Source of the DNA: Ranitomeya imitator
Lineage: Eukaryota
Assembly (NCBI RefSeq): GCF_032444005.1
Contig: NC_091291.1
Coordinates: 90,396,001-90,460,000 of the forward strand
Reading direction: 5' to 3'
DNA length: 64,000 nucleotides
In this document: piece by piece, positions 37,985-50,499 of the stretch
Numbering within the stretch: the stretch's first letter is position 1
Layout: every line of letters begins with the position of its first letter
Notes under the pieces: generated by a model
The model's input: only the letters and a program-made list of their open reading frames with translations
The model's database searches: none
What the model was told of the DNA's origin: nothing
Program-made: the position numbers and the translations under genes

Positions 37985-38140
37985 GGTTCTCCTTTCGCAG
38001 TGGTTTCTCCACTGTACTTCTTCACAGCACACCCTGATGGTTTTGGTCACCATTGTATTTTATAATGAGTTGATACCTCCCTATAATTCCTTTTTTACTC
38101 CGGATCAATGTGTTATATCGATGAGCCATTTCCTTCACAG

Positions 38141-38239
38141 GCCAGAGCACGTTAGAGCAGTACACAGATACTGGTGGACGCATCAGGGGGAGGTGAAGCT
38201 GAAGGCCCAGTTTATCCTTACAGGAGCCGAGTATGAACG
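38141..38239 (+). CDS. CENATAC: CENATAC exon 3 (RPEHVRAVHRYWWTHQGEVKLKAQFILTGAEYER)
   Basis: Acceptor ccttcacag|, donor CG|GTGAGA; matches human [28 protein letters not shown]; 99 nt. Confidence 0.93.
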
Positions 38240-39665
38240 GTGAGAGATTCCTACTGTTTGTCATTTTAATAACCCTACATCATAAAACCTCTAGTCAGTC
38301 TGTGGCCCTGTGTGCGAAGCTGCACCTGCTTGTGACGGGACTCTAGTGTCTGCACACCCAGTAATAATACTAGGGATGGACAAATGGAATAAATAGGTAG
38401 GTGAAGATCCATGGGAAATCCGAAGTATTCTAAAGCATGGCCTCTATTACCAATTTGCTAAAAATAAAAAAATCCAAATCCTGAAACCCAGTGAGCGATG
38501 ATCACCAACAATATGTCGCGTCTCTTAGAGCAGTGTTGGGTCGGCTCCTATAGACTGGAGTCCCAGATTCTGTCCAGTTATCAGTCCGATAAGAGTCAGT
38601 AAGAATTAGCAGTGTAAAGGGAACCTGTCGGCAGGGCTTTACACCCTAAAGTAACATTACCATAGTGAAGTACCTGAAATGATGATTATTTCTCTATTCT
38701 AAGTCCGTGGTTCCTTGGTCTCCTAATCGATCAGCAAATTCTTCTGCCCATGAGCTGACGAGTGCAGGGGCTTGGTCTGTAGTTTCGGCTCTCTCCCTCT
38801 TTCTCCCTCCAGTCTTCTCTGCAATCTGCTCCCCCAGCCGATATCTCATGCAGGCGCCATCATTCCTGCGGGCAGCACATGCTCTGTTGTCCCTCACTAT
38901 GGAGGCCAGCATAAGCGAACTGATCATCCGTCAATAGATTTATAAGACTTCACCTCCTTTCTCATTACATCTGGGAATTGATCTTTCTTGCATATTGCGC
39001 TTTTCTTGTACTTATTTTCTGGTATGTTTGTTCATGCATGGCATTCAGATTTTTGCCTGCAGTTGTTGCTTGCTACACGTTATCTATGGGTCATCTTTTA
39101 TTTTTGACTATTCACATAGCCTCCTATATCTTTTTAGTGTGTAGTTTATTTACCCGATGTTTTAAGGTGGATTATTTATGCGGTTATATTTGTTTTTTTT
39201 TTATATATATATATATTTCTTTGTCTGTACCATATATTGGTCCTCTATTTTGTTTGTGGTGCCCATAGAAGTGACTTGGCTACTCTTTTGAACATTGGAG
39301 GAGAGGTGTACGTTCTCACATGAACTCCCCCCTGGTGGAATAATTTCTAGCCATTGTGATTTTTAAATGCTTTTAATAATTTGTAATTTTTTGGTTTGTT
39401 CAGTAAACTATTCTTTTGCATGATCAGGTCATTCTGACTCATTAGCACACCATTGATGGCGCCGGCACGAGATCGCAGGTGGGGGAGCAGGTCAGAGGCC
39501 TGTGCATTGCCTCAATCTGGTGATCAGCGCAGGTCCCAGCGTTCGGGCCCCCATCACCTGGAATATATTGCCCGTCCTGCTGATAAATGAAAACCCTTTC
39601 CAACCGGAATACCTCTTTCCAGTCTGTGTAATGTAAGATGGCTTGTGTTCATTTTCTGTCCATAG

Positions 39666-39732
39666 GTTCAAGACATCGGTTACCAAAGCCTTGGAAAGCT
39701 ACGAGGAGACAGAAGACACTCTCATAAAGCAG
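39666..39732 (+). CDS. CENATAC: CENATAC exon 4 (FKTSVTKALESYEETEDTLIKQ)
   Basis: Acceptor ttctgtccatag|, donor CAG|GTAATG; matches human FKKSMVKGLDSYEEKEDKVIKE; 67 nt. Confidence 0.93.
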
Positions 39733-40251
39733 GTAATGAAGATGCGGAGTGAATCCTTCCTGTTAACTACTGGAACTTGCTGTTTAAAATTATTTTCCAG
39801 TTTTGTTTTTTTGTTTGTTTCTGCTTCTTCAGTTACCCGAGATTATTGAGAAACGTCTGCTATGTGTCTTGCTAAAGGGCAAGTCCCAGCAATACCAAAG
39901 TCTTCCACGTGTTTCAGCAGAGAACTTCATGTATTGGGCTTTGCTTGTTGCCTTTGTTTCAGAGTCTCCCACTGATGATGACATAGGCTATCACATACTA
40001 GTAATGAAGGAGGTGAACCCCCCTGATCCTCATTGACATAATATAAAGGGGGTAATCGCACTGTCCTCCAGCAGGCAGAAGTGGTCATGGCTGTGTCTGC
40101 CCGTGTGGCGCTGTACTGAGACCCCGTGGGACTGGTAGCACAGAGCCAGCGAGGCTGAACTGCAGGGGAGCGGGTACGGTATAGAGCAGTGGTGAACAGC
40201 CAGGTGTCAGGTGATGTTATGGGAAACTATATTGTAGTTGGAGGTCTTTAA

Positions 40252-43200
40252 CCCCTTCCAGACCTCGGATGTACCCTGTATGTCTTCGAAGGGAATGACT
40301 TCCTGACCTTGGACGTACTGGGTACGTCATGGCGATTTTTGTTTGCTCCTGTTCTCACGCTATCTCCGCCAGGTGATCAGTTAACATTCGGCAGTATAAC
40401 AACCCTAAATTCTGCAATCGCAGCATTTAGTGGGCACCCTCTCCCCTCTGATCGGCATCATCGCAAGGGCCTGATTGTTGCCATGGTAACCTGAGGTCAT
40501 TGTGACAACCCCTGGTCACCAGGCTAGCAAGCTTGTTAGACCATGTGCAGTGCATGGTCTAACAAGCTTGTGTGTCAGTGCGGCACTGACAGCAGTCGTA
40601 AAGCATTGCAATACTTTATAGCCATGATCAGACAGATAAGAGAGTGCCGTAAAGGGACTAAGTAATCAAGTACAAAAATTTTTTTTATAAATGTAAAAAA
40701 AAAAAAACAACATATAAACTTATGTGTGTAATACAATTTTTTTGTATTTTTATATAAAAATAAAATTAACAAAGAGTGCACGTTTGGTATCGCCGCGTGC
40801 AGCTCTAAGAATTTACACAGTTTCCGTGTAAGGCTATATTCACACTTTGCGGATCCGCAGCAGTTTCCCATGAGTTTACATTTCAATGTAAACCTATGGG
40901 AAACAAAAAACGCTGTGCACATGCTGCAGAAAAATCCGCGCGGAAACGCTGCGGATTACATTCCGCAGCATGTCACTTCTTTTCTGCGGATTTTCAGCTG
41001 CTCCAATAGAAAACTGCAGTTGAAAATCCGCAGAAGAAAACGCAGTAAAAAACGCGATAAATCCGCAGTAAAAACCGCGATGGGTTTTCACTGCGGATTT
41101 TGCAATTCCGCTGCGGAAAAATCCGCAGTGGAATCTGCAAAGTGTGCACATAGCCTAAATCTCTGAAATACGTGATTCAGATGGGACCTCTGACGGACGA
41201 TTCCCTATAATGAGGGAGATGGATGTACTGTGGGCGAAGTCTGACCTGTGATCCAGCGGTGTCTGTCTTTTTAGGTTTGCATAAAAGGTGCAGTTGGCCA
41301 CAGCTTTGTGCACTTCTAAAAAGAAGGACACCACTGAACAGAGGCCAGACAGAGTCCAGAGTAACGCTGCTGCCTCACTATAGTGAATGGATCCCTCGGG
41401 TGTTTTATCTGAATCAAGTCATTCAGAGATTTAGATGGAAGCCCCAAAGTAAGTGCTCAGCGTAGAGCGCAGGATAAATGTGATCACAAACGTTATGTAA
41501 AATATTCCCAATAAAAGCTTCAAATCAATCCTCAAAAAAAGCAAGTCCTCACTCAGGATTGTCATCTGTTAACGGAAATATAGGGGCGTCCACGTTACTG
41601 GTAGTACAAAGACTCTGGAAAACCGAAATGGCTCCTCACCCGCCAAAGAAATTCTCTGCTCCCAAATCCAAATGCCCCCTCCCTTCTGAGCCCCAGTGTG
41701 TCTAAACCACATTTAGTGCCCACATGTTTGGCATTTCTGTAGCGATGACGGCCCGCCTAACTTAGACGCATGTCTCCAGAAGCATGGGCTGGGCATAATA
41801 TATTGGTGACTGCAATGTACTGGTCACTACAATAGCAGATTCGCAATTTTCACTCAGCAACATCCACTGTTGCCTGTTTTGGGAAAACACCCATAGAGTC
41901 AAAATTTTCACTACATCTGTAGATAAACTCCCAAACAGTATAATTTCCAAAATGGGGGGGGCTCTGTGTATGGAGTCCACAAACTATCCTAGGAAAATCT
42001 GCGCTCCAGGAGGCAAATAGTGCCGTGTCCCTCCTAAATCTCGCCGTATGGTTAAGCAGTACTGTACAGCCACATATGGGGTATTTCTATGTTCAGCAGA
42101 AATTGTGGGACAAATTTTTGTGCCATTTTTTCCCCCCCCATTTTCCCGTATGAAAATCTAAAATCTGTGGCTAAAACAAAATGTTTGTGGTTAAAAATCT
42201 AATTATTTTTTTCTTCACTGCCCAATGGAATAAAATTCTGTGACACACGTGTGGTGTCAATATGATCACTGCACCCCTAGATTAATTCATTGAGAGGTGC
42301 AGTTTGCAAAATGGGGTCACTAATGGGGGGTTTCTGCTGTTCTTGCACCTCAGGAGCTCTGGCAATGTGACATGACCCCCTCAAATCATTCCAGCAAAAT
42401 GGGAACTTTAATATGGATCTTCTTCTCATCTGAGCTTTGCACAGTGCCTCAAAAGCTGTTTTCGACCACATATGGGGTATTGCTGTACTCAAGAGAAATT
42501 GCACAAACATTTTTGTTGTTTCCTGATATCATTGTGAAAATGAAAAAAAATAGGCTACAATAACATCCAAAACCTTTTTTTTTTAATTTTTTTTATTTTC
42601 ACATATCAACGTTGTAACATTCTGTGAAGCACCTGGGTGTTCAAAGTGCTCACCACACATATAGGTGAATTCAATGAATGGTGTAGTTTCCAAAATGGGG
42701 TCACTTGTGGTTGGTTTCCACTGTTTATGCACATCATGGGCTCTCCTAATGCAACATGATGCCCACAGACCAATTCCATAAAACTCTGCTTTCACGTCAC
42801 TCCTTTCTTTCTGAGCCCTGCCATGCACCCAGACAGTAGTTATCCCCCACATGTTACCCTTGTGGGAAAAAAAAATAGGGCTGAAGTAAAATTTGTGGTT
42901 TAAAAAAACAAACAAAAAAAAAAAATGTTCAGATATTTTTTTATTTTATTTTATTTTTGCCCTCCATATTGCATTAATTCCCGTGAAACACCTGAATTGT
43001 TAATAAACTTCTTGAATGTGGTTTTTAGGGCTGCAGTTTTTAGAATGGTGTCTCTTTTGGGTATTTTATGTAGTATAAAGTCATTTCAAATGAGATTTGG
43101 TCCCTAAGATAAAAATTGTTTTTGGAAAAATGAGACATTTCTTATTAAACTTTTAAGACTTCCTGAAGAAGAAGAAGAAAAAAAGAATCATGGTTCAAAA

Positions 43201-43475
43201 ATGATGCAGATGTAAAGTAGATATGTGGGAAATGTTATTTACTGACTATAAAAGTTTGACAATTTTCACCAACTTTCCAATATTTGCACAAATGCAAGTC
43301 GTGTTGATACATTTTTACCGCTATCATAAAGTACAGTAAGTCACGGAAAAACTTTCTCTGAATCGGTGGCATCCGGTGGAACGTTCCAGAGTTATGACCA
43401 CATGAAGTGACAGTGGTCAGAATTGTAAAAATTGGCCGGGTCATGAAGGTGAAAACAGGCTTGGGGGTGAAGGGG
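40252..43475. mobile_element. piggyBac-like non-autonomous element (about 3.2 kb) with nested MITEs
   Basis: TTAA-CCCCTTC at the left, GAAGGGG-CTAA at the right; diverged internal direct repeats at about 41650-42850; no transposase ORF. Pairing of the two ends is inferred. Confidence 0.55.
40832..41155. mobile_element. Harbinger-like palindromic MITE, 324 bp
   Basis: TAA-GGCTATATTCACACTTTGC...GCAAAGTGTGCACATAGCC-TAA; matching TAA target-site duplication. Confidence 0.8.
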
Positions 43476-43575
43476 CTAAGGATCTGAAGTTTGTATTCTC
43501 CTGCATTGTTACTGTCAAGTATTCTAACAAATGTGGAAAACAGGAATATGAAGAGGTTTTATTGTTTTTCTTTAG

Positions 43576-43638
43576 ATGGCCAGTGAGATCCGGGAAGCTG
43601 AGCAGTCCAGGATCCACATGCTGATGACGGCCCTAGAG
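43576..43638 (+). CDS. CENATAC: CENATAC exon 5 (MASEIREAEQSRIHMLMTALE)
   Basis: Acceptor ttttctttag|, donor GAG|GTTTGT; matches human [21 protein letters not shown]; 63 nt. Confidence 0.9.
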
Positions 43639-43754
43639 GTTTGTTTCCAGAGAGGCCAAGAACAGTATCCATATTGACCAAGATCTAGCCGTGCCCGTAT
43701 GACACTACGACCGTGTATTATTGAGATGGCAGATACCTTTTACATTGCCAAGTT

Positions 43755-44028
43755 ATTTATTTCAGTTCTTCTGTGCAATCATGTATAAAATCTATTGGGT
43801 TTCAGTAATAATCGACCTTCATCAGACATATGGATTCCTGAGGAAAGGGAATGGGGGAGTGCGCGGTCCACCGCAGGAACGTCTGCCTCCCATATGGCGC
43901 GGAGTGTCGCTTCTATTCCCTTTCCTCAGCAATCTGTCTGATGAAGGTCGTTAACCACCGAAATGTAACATTTTGTATGTGGATTGCACAGGAGAATTGA
44001 TAAGAGGACTGCTTTACATCAACATTTG
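43755..44028. mobile_element. Penelope-like inverted terminal-repeat remnant with two degenerate hammerhead cores
   Basis: Imperfect inverted repeat about 43760-43850 / 43915-44000; CTGATGAAGG...GAAA on both strands; flanked by the 11-bp direct repeat ATTGCCAAGTT (43744-43754, 44029-44039). Confidence 0.5.
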
Positions 44029-44433
44029 ATTGCCAAGTTTTTTTTTTAACTTTATCATGGCGTATGACCCTTTTTGAGGTCAGAGTTCATTGGGAGTGAC
44101 GAGCTGTATATGGTGTATTACTAATTACACATTGGATACAGGAAGCCAGATTTCTGCATAGATCCAAGAGTAAATGTACCCAATTCTGCAGCTTATGTAG
44201 GTTAAAAAAAAATCACATTTTTCCTATAGTGTTGTTTTTTTGTGTGTTATATGCACATGGGTCATATCCACAGCAAAGAAAACTGCTGCAGATTTTGTTG
44301 GACGTAACGTGTTCTTACCGCATACTTCACCTTTTGCTGCCCCTTTCTTCCTCACAATGCTGCTGCTGTAATATTCAGTGAAAATTCAGGCAGAGAATCT
44401 GTTGCATTGTGTGCACATACCCCAAAAGAGTCA

Positions 44434-44895
44434 GGCTATGTTCACCCGTTGCATTTTTGCTGCATGTGTTTGTTTGTTTGTTTTTTTGCAGCAAAACCTG
44501 CTCTCTTTGTAGTAAAGATTCTGCTTACAAAAAAATCATGTTTTACTGCGTATTTGCTGTGTTTTTATGCTGCGTTTTTATCAAATTCATTTGTCTCTTG
44601 ACATGCTGATAAAGTTTAGTGCATAAACCATGATGCAACTTTTAGGTTTTTGCATCAAAAACTCTGCACAACCTGATTCCTTCCTGTTTTTGCACTTACT
44701 CATGGCTTCCTATAGGTGAAAAACATTGCAATAAACATTAAAATAAGTGACATCCTGCAGTTTTCAAAAATGCAGCAGGGAAAAAAAAGCTGTGTGAAAG
44801 AGACTTCTGAAATCTCATAGCTTTCGCTGGTACTGTAAAACGCAGCTGAAAATTTGCATAAAAAATGCAGCACAAAGCAACGAGTGAATATAGCC
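44434..44895. mobile_element. Harbinger-like MITE
   Basis: TIRs GGCTATGTTCACCCGTTGC / GCAACGAGTGAATATAGCC; same TIR type as 40832-41155; the flanks (TCA/TGA) are not an exact target-site duplication. Confidence 0.7.
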
Positions 44896-45063
44896 TGAGT
44901 CTATGGAAATTATCATTTAAATATCACTTTAGAAACCATATTCCCATTTTGTCAAGTGGTCCTCACCATTAAATGGATGCACCAAGAATATTATTGCAGG
45001 TATTTCGGGATCAGATGGAGGTAGATGACGGAGGCAGGACTGGTTCAGTAAATATATATACAC

Positions 45064-46360
45064 TAGTGATGAGCGAGTATACTCGTTGCTCGGGTGGTCT
45101 CCAAGTATTTGTGAGTGCTCAGAGATTTAGTTTTTCCCTTCCCCATGACAGCACCTATACATGAGATGGCTCCAGCCCCCAGGAACAGGAAACCTGCAGA
45201 GGAGATAAAAGATGGGGGCAGCACCTCTCTCCTCAGTTTGGTTTCCTGTTCCTGCGGGGAGCCTGCGACGCCGGAGGGATCTCTCTCGGGCAGTGCCGGT
45301 CTGGATACAGAGGTCCGCGGTGGGAGCAGCTGGTCGGCGCACGGTAGTGATGTGCGCACATTACTGAGGGTGGCTGTTGGATGGCGTCCGTCCCGCTGCG
45401 GGCTACCCGGCGTCCGTTCCTGGACGGAGGCTGGGTCGGGGTGGGGGGCGTGCCCATCACTAGGCTGGCGCTGAGGTGAATGGGACGACTTCCGGTTCAG
45501 ACTGGAAGTGACGTCGCACGACGGGGAGAACGGTGTGCTGACACTCCCAGGGGGAGAATGTTCAGGGACGCTCTCACCCTATATTATTAGAAGCACTACA
45601 CAAGTAACGGTGGCATTAGCTTCTTTGACAATGGCGGACCCGACTGCCAACCCAAAATCCTAGGAAGAACAAACCTTTCATTACCTTGATGTCAGACGTT
45701 GCCTAATTCAATACCTAGAAGTGACAAAACCATCGCGACAGTCTTCGCCCCTTTTTGTTTCCTTTCAGGGGCTATTGCACTCTCCTACTCCTCTTCAGGG
45801 CAATGCCCTCCACTAGGGGTAACAGCACACTCCACAAGAGCTATCGCCACATCCTGGGCGGAAAGGGCAAATGCGTCAATAGAGCAAAGTTGTAATGCGG
45901 CAGTATGGTCTTCACCCTCTACCTTCTTTTGCCGCTATAGATTGAACCTGGGGCTTTTTAGTCTTGCCTTTAGGAGGAAAGTCTTATTGGCTATTGTCCC
46001 ACCCTGGGAGTCTTCTTCTATTTCTTCCTCTCATGTATAGGTGCTGTCATGGGGAAGGGAAAAAATGATAATTACTTACCGGTAATTTGATTTTCCAGAT
46101 CCATGACAGCACCGCACTAATAACTGGAAAATCAAATTACCGGTAAGTAATTATCATTTTTCCTTCTGCAGGTGTATGATTTACGGCTACTACCCAGCCT
46201 GAGTACATCTGGGGGTTGCCCGGTTGCTAGGGAATTCCCACATATAATCAAGCTGTGTAGTAGCTGTAAATCATACACCTGTGGCAAGGAAAGCTAAATC
46301 TCCGAGTAGTCATAAATACTTGGAGACCACCCGAGCAACGAGTATACTTGCTCATCACTA
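45064..46360. mobile_element. hAT-type MITE with perfect 8-bp TSD, interrupted by a DIRS element
   Basis: Long TIRs TAGTGATGAGCGAGTATACTCGTTGCTCGGGTGGTCTCCAAGTATTT and its reverse complement; ATATACAC at 45056-45063 and 46361-46368. Confidence 0.88.
45131..46163 (+). mobile_element. Internally deleted DIRS-type (tyrosine recombinase) retrotransposon
   Basis: Inverted termini TTCCCTTCCCCATGACAGCACCTATACATGAGA / 46029-46065; paired segments 46058-46098 and 46124-46163 around an internal copy CCATGACAGCACC; YR C-terminal remnant AHSTRAIATSWAERANASIEQSCNAAVWSSPSTFFCRYRL in ORF 45699-46040. Confidence 0.82.
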
Positions 46361-46520
46361 ATATACACCAGACTTTATGGTGCTGGATTGGCACCTCATC
46401 AGATAACGCATTGGCAATACAGAGGGAAATGAGTGGAATGGGAGAAGAGTGGGAATATTGAGAAATGTGTTTTAAAAAATGTAATTGAGAAAATGTTAAT
46501 AATTCCTGAATAATACCCAG

Positions 46521-46585
46521 CCTGAAACTCGGCTTACAGCAGAGGAGGATGACACCTGGAACTACAATGAGCCGCTCCCATGCAG
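46521..46585 (+). CDS. CENATAC: CENATAC exon 6 (PETRLTAEEDDTWNYNEPLPC)
   Basis: Acceptor atacccag|, donor CAG|GTAAGA; 65 nt preserves the frame between exons 5 and 7; this linker region is poorly conserved in sequence. Confidence 0.72.
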
Positions 46586-46604
46586 GTAAGAGTTATTATA
46601 ATTC

Positions 46605-47713
46605 TAAGAAACAAAAGTAGCAGTCATCACTATGATTTTTGGGTTTTCTCCAAATCATGGGAACAGCAAATAACATACAGTAGCCACTATACTCATATTC
46701 AACCAGTCACGAAGACCATTCGAACAACTTGAGCCTGTCACATGAGGGGCCCAGCTTTTGTCTTGATCACCGAGTGGACACTTAAAGTATATCTGGTACA
46801 TCATTTTAATATCCCGAGTGATTGAACGTACTTGGTCTTTTGATGTAAAAGAACCCCACACACCGCACAATCTGTTTGGATGATTGATACACTGTCGGGG
46901 CATTTTTCTCCTTTAAAGCAGATCAAACAGTAGAGTACGTTCAGTTCAATGGTGGTGACAAACTAAAAAAAAAACATGTGATGAGCCGATATGTAGATAT
47001 TTCCCCAGAGATGACAGAGGCATCTTGTATTTAGAACTGATTTTACAGGGAGTAATCTGGTAGATGACTATAGTTGTGAGGTAACGGGTCAGCCTATTCC
47101 TTACAGATGAATATTTGCAGACAGACAGTTTCTCAGTGTGATACTGGCTGCTTTCAGGTTCTCTCTCTGGGGAGACCCTCACTCAGTTACACCTCAGTGG
47201 CTGAGCTGTTTTCTTCCGTCTGAGGCGATTTACCCTCCCAGAAATGCAGTGAAAATCCTCTCACAATGGCGGCTGTCCGCTGCCTTCCCTTCTATCTCCC
47301 TGTGGCAGGGCTCAGATCCCTGAAGAGGCCTGTCTCCTGTCAGTCTCACACATCAGTCCTTGCTGCCATCACCATCCTTTTCTGACTGACTCAAATCTTA
47401 CCGCCTCATAAGTTATCTCCTACCCATAAGATGTGACTTTCCGAGAAGCAGTCATTGGCTGACTGCACTGTCAACACTCCTTCCCATAAAACTCACTGAA
47501 ACCTTTACTGATGTTCTCCCTGTAAGAAAATTCACAATTAAGGAAGATGAGCAAAGAAATGGGAATAACATAGGAAAAACCACATACATTGAAAATGCGA
47601 AATAATGTAATAACAAAAAGGCTTCTATCTCAGAAACTTTATGATAGAGCAAAACTAAGCATAGGCCAAAAGCCCATCTGTGTACAAGCTCGTGAGGCGT
47701 CTGTCTCCTAGTG
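46605..47713 (-). mobile_element. 5' part of a Chapaev3-like (CMC superfamily) DNA transposon with a frameshifted transposase N-terminus
   Basis: Minus strand MPRQCINHPNRLCGVWG...IYFKCPLGDQDKSWAPH...LRDWLN (46903 downward), then in another frame [20 protein letters not shown] (about 46668-46609); CAC-type terminus at 47713. Superfamily call is from recall of the GDQDKxWAPH / WREPKNHxDDCYFC motifs. Confidence 0.6.
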
Positions 47714-47856
47714 GCTACAGTCTTGATGGATCTATCCGAAATGTTTTTTTTTTTTTTTTTCATCCCCCACCAAAAAAAAAAAAAAAAAATCTGATGCAAA
47801 TGAATGCCTTTTTAGTAAACCTAAATCCCATTCAAATAAATTTGTCCTTAAACTTA

Positions 47857-48209
47857 GGCCGGGGTCACACTAGAGAGTTTTACGGACGTATGAGAGGCGC
47901 AAAAGCTACGCATTGCACACGGACCAATGATTCTCTATAGGAGCTGCCCCGCTCCTATCTGCCGTATTTTTCTCAGCTGTATTTTACGGGCGTAGAAAAT
48001 TGCAGCATGCTGCGTTTGTCAGCATATCGCGCAAAAAATCCACCAGTGAAGGTCTATGGGGGCGAGAAAAATACGTATTACACACGGACCAACAGTGTGA
48101 CTTGCGAGATATACGCACCGGTGTTCTATAGAAAAGCCGGCAATTCAGTGCGGTGTACAGTAAAAGCACACTGACAGGTCAGAATAGATAAAATGTCTAC
48201 ACATAGAAT

Positions 48210-48256
<47 letters not shown>

Positions 48257-49190
48257 CTCTATATCTAATATTTATTATGGAGCTAGATAGCAGAAATGCC
48301 GGTAATTCAATTGCCGGCTTTTGCTATCTCCTTATCAAACCCGACATGATATTAGACATAGTTTACGTACAGTAAACCATTTCATATCCTTTTTTTTTTT
48401 TTTTTTTTTTTGCATATTCCTCACTAATAATGTTAGTAGAGTGTGTGCAAAATTTGGGGGCTCTAGCTGTTAAAATAAAGGGTTAAATTGCGGAAAAAAC
48501 TGGTGCTGGCTCCTGCCCAATTTTCTCTGCCAGAGTGGGAAAGCCAGTGACTGAGGGCAGATATTAATAGCCTAGAGAGGGACCATGGATATTGCCCCCC
48601 CTCACCCCCCCCCCCACCCCCCGGCTAAAAACATCTGCCCCCAGCCACCCCAGAAAAGGCATATTCTGGCACTTAGCCCCTCTCTTCCCACTCCAGTGTA
48701 GCGGTGGGATATGGGGTAATAAAGGGTTAATGTCATTTTGCTATTGTAAGGTGACCTGGTTAATAACGGAGAGGTGTCAATAAGACACCTATCCATTATT
48801 AATCCAATAATATTAAAAGGTTAATAATACACACATTAAGAATAAAGTATTTTATTGAAATATATACACACATGAGGTTGTAAAATCTTTATTGTACGCT
48901 TAATCCACCTGAAGACCCTCGTTCTGTAAAAGAAAAAAGCAACAATATACCATACCTTTCCGATGCTCAGGTACGTCCCATGCTGTAAATCCATCTGAGG
49001 GGGTTAAATAATTTTACAACCAGGAGCTCTGCTGATGCAGCTGTTGCTCCTGCTTGTAAAATCTGGGGAATGAATTGAAAACAGGGGAACATAGCTTCGT
49101 AGACTTGCGGTGCTGCGCCCCCTGCTGGCATAGCTTCATATGAACCCTAGCGTGGGAATTTTTATGAATATTTTCTCACGCTAGCCTTAC
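47857..49190. mobile_element. Harbinger-like non-autonomous element, same family as 1-805, opposite orientation; right end uncertain
   Basis: TTA-GGCCGGGGTCACACT start; about 48290-48760 is the reverse complement of 1-500; (TA)n at about 48210-48253. Confidence 0.65.
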
Positions 49191-49399
49191 AGAGCTGATT
49201 TGCTCCACATACTACATACATGTCGGCTCCTGTAATTCCTGGTGCCCCCGCAGCTCCTGGACCAGCAGTGCAGACCCCAGGCTTTCCAGGCTGAGCTTCT
49301 GCTTCACGAAAATTCTTCTCATGATTCCAAACAATATGGGACTTTCCTACAATATTACTTTTTTGCCTGTTTTATTTAACATTGTCTTTTTGTTCTTAG

Positions 49400-49511
49400 C
49401 GCAATGTCACCTGTAGACTTTGAAATGCCTGGCCCAAGCAACCAACAATTTCTTCCAAATGAAGCCACAGTTATGGCAGGAAATTCACAGCTCACGTTTC
49501 TTGGCCAGCAG
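49400..49511 (+). CDS. CENATAC: CENATAC exon 7 (SAMSPVDFEMPGPSNQQFLPNEATVMAGNSQLTFLGQQ)
   Basis: Acceptor tttttgttcttag|, donor CAG|GTAACA; end LTFLGQQ matches human LTFIGHQ; 112 nt. Confidence 0.88.
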
Positions 49512-50499
49512 GTAACATTTTGTGTAAAATGTCAAGCTTTCCATTTCCCTTTCTGCATAAATCATGGCTCAATGTATTGCCCAGTTAGCATTGCATTGTA
49601 ATGCTGAAAATGATGCCAGCATATCCTGTTTAGAAATGGAAGTATTTTCTGATTTATTCCATGAAGGGTAACTAAACACTGGGTGCCTTCTAACCCCATG
49701 AACACATACAGCCTTATTATACAAGGATATATGATATATATTTTGCACACATGATTATAAATCAGTGAACTGAGAACACACAGATTTATGTGAGCCATTG
49801 TCTGTCAGGCAGGAACCGATGCAGGGAGTCGGGCAGAGATGCAGGGAGACAGCGCTGAGGTCTCGGAGCTTCTTCCTCTCACCCACACTCGCCTCATGTC
49901 ACAAAAGTTATGAGTAGGGGAACCACGGTGGGTAAAGGCTTAATCTGCAGGAAGTTGCCAGAATCATGGACTCCTAAACCCTGTGACTTTTTTTCAAAGC
50001 AATTACTCACAGTCTAAAGAAACATCATCTGAAAACATTTTGTCCCAAGCCAAAGGGGGCATAATGATATAGAGGGTGGTCCCGTTGCTCTGGACCTTGC
50101 TCACTACAAGCCAAAATTAGAAGCGGTTCTGGCCAGCCCATCCTGTCCATGCATTACATTAATGGGCAGCATCAATGATTTTTGTCACCTGAATTAGGAG
50201 ATGCAGATAACATGTGTTGCTACTGGCTGTTTCCTCCAGCGATCATAGCTGGGCCCGGGGGCAGAGTTGTGGGGTCTGCAGACATCATTTGTTAAGGCTT
50301 ATTCTGAATGTTGGGGAACTTGTTCCAGACTCCTTGGGTCTGCAGTATTGTGGAGTCCATGTGCTCTGTACATGAACGTGTCTGCCCGGCACGTGGTACC
50401 AGAGATTGGCGGTATGTCCCTGTTTTTTTTTTTTCTAGTCCCTGTGTAAATTGTATCCACATTTTTATTTTAACTCCTTTGCTGTTTTTGTCTCTATAG

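Noticed and set aside
38616-38900. Kolobok/T2-like MITE starting TAAAGGGAACCTGTC
   Set aside because: Only one terminus is visible; too weak to list as a feature.
46369-46415. Minus-strand CUGAUGA-GGUGC/GCACC hammerhead-like motif
   Set aside because: Stem II is followed by AUAAA rather than GAAA, and there are no stems I/III; at most a decayed remnant.
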